In this document: positions 31,504 through 32,000 of the stretch, in pieces
Layout: every line of letters starts with the position of its first letter
Numbering within the stretch: the first letter of the stretch is position 1
Source: Geobacter sulfurreducens PCA
GTDB taxonomy: Bacteria; Desulfobacterota; Desulfuromonadia; Geobacterales; Geobacteraceae
Reading direction: 5' to 3'
DNA: 32,000 nt
NCBI RefSeq assembly: GCF_000007985.2
Contig: NC_002939.5
Span: forward strand, 330,001 to 362,000
Made by a program: the position numbers and the translations under genes
The notes under the pieces: generated by a model
What the model saw: the letters and a program-made list of their open reading frames with translations, nothing else
Told to the model about the DNA's origin: nothing
Database searches by the model: none

Positions 31504-32000
31504 ATGAAAATGGTGTCCTTGCGGTTCCTTAAGACCATGCTCACCGTTATCTGCCTGATGGCGTTGTCGGCGGGAGAAGTCCCAGCCAAAGTCATGGCTC
31601 CCGATTTTGTCACACTTGCCGAAAAGCTGAAGCCAACCGTCGTCAACATCAGTACATCAAAGAATCCGGCCCAGACAGCTCGCCCCCGTCGCCAACCCTC
31701 TCCCTTCAATGACCCGTTCCATGATTTCTTCGATCGCTTTTTTGACGAGGCACCTCGCCGTCAGCAACGGGAACGGAGTCTCGGCTCCGGGTTCATCATC
31801 AGTGATCAGGGCTTTATCATCACCAATAACCATGTGGTTGCCGGTGCCGACGAGATCAAGGTGCGCCTCTCCGACGGCCGCGAGTTCAAGGCGGAATTGA
31901 AGGGCGCCGACGAAAAACTCGACCTGGCCCTCATCAAGATTGAGTCCAAAGATCAACTCCCCGTTGCGATTCTCGGCAACAGCGATGAAATCAAAGTGGG
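31504..32000 (+). CDS. htrA: HtrA/DegP-family periplasmic serine protease, 3'-truncated by the window edge
   Basis: Own translation of frame 1 from ATG 31504; not in the ORF track because there is no stop in the window. MKMVSLRFLKTMLTVICLMALSAGEV (signal peptide) ...ERSLGSGFIISDQGFIITNNHVVAGADEIKVRLSDGREFKAELKGADEKLDLALIKI, containing the catalytic His (TNNHV) and Asp (DLAL) regions. Confidence 0.9.
   Translation, partial: MKMVSLRFLKTMLTVICLMALSAGEVPAKVMAPDFVTLAEKLKPTVVNISTSKNPAQTARPRRQPSPFNDPFHDFFDRFFDEAPRRQQRERSLGSGFIISDQGFIITNNHVVAGADEIKVRLSDGREFKAELKGADEKLDLALIKIESKDQLPVAILGNSDEIKV

Noticed and set aside
1-32000. Scan for CRISPR arrays, IS/transposase or integrase genes, tRNA/rRNA genes, toxin-antitoxin pairs and long direct repeats
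   Set aside because: None found by eye. Intergenic space is small, and the only sizeable gaps (7043-7593, 17659-18042) are explained above. An eye scan cannot exclude short dispersed repeats, so a self-dot-plot would be the decisive check.

Overview
GC-rich, almost fully coding bacterial chromosomal segment. Gene content and order look like a Geobacter-type (Desulfuromonadales) genome; this is inferred from recognisable proteins, not from a database search. Left to right: 3' end of a sigma-54 activator; an SLT lytic transglycosylase; a large TraB-like fusion protein; a heme-c/HAMP/PAS sensor with no output domain; convergent aminopeptidase N (pepN); a 0.5-kb spacer holding an unlisted 6S-RNA-like structured RNA; the hydrogenase maturation operon hypB-F-C-D-E (no hypA); a patatin-like lipase; a five-gene signalling cluster (PilZ, membrane J-domain protein, stand-alone MshEN+GAF-like protein, Roadblock/LC7, DUF4388-Roadblock); an AT-rich divergent promoter region; a secreted OB-fold-like protein; a Ste24-type M48 protease; a complete, tightly coupled type II secretion operon gspC-D-E-F-G-H-I-J-K-L-M-N on the minus strand; and the 5' end of an HtrA/DegP protease. 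I saw no CRISPR array, transposase or integrase, tRNA or rRNA. Best candidates for follow-up are the c-di-GMP/Roadblock/PATAN adaptor cluster at 14.1-17.7 kb, which is not a characterised system to my knowledge, and the 6S-like RNA whose terminator abuts the pepN ribosome-binding site. Lesser candidates are the TraB-like fusion and the output-less heme sensor. The many long ORFs antisense to real genes are treated as GC-composition artefacts.
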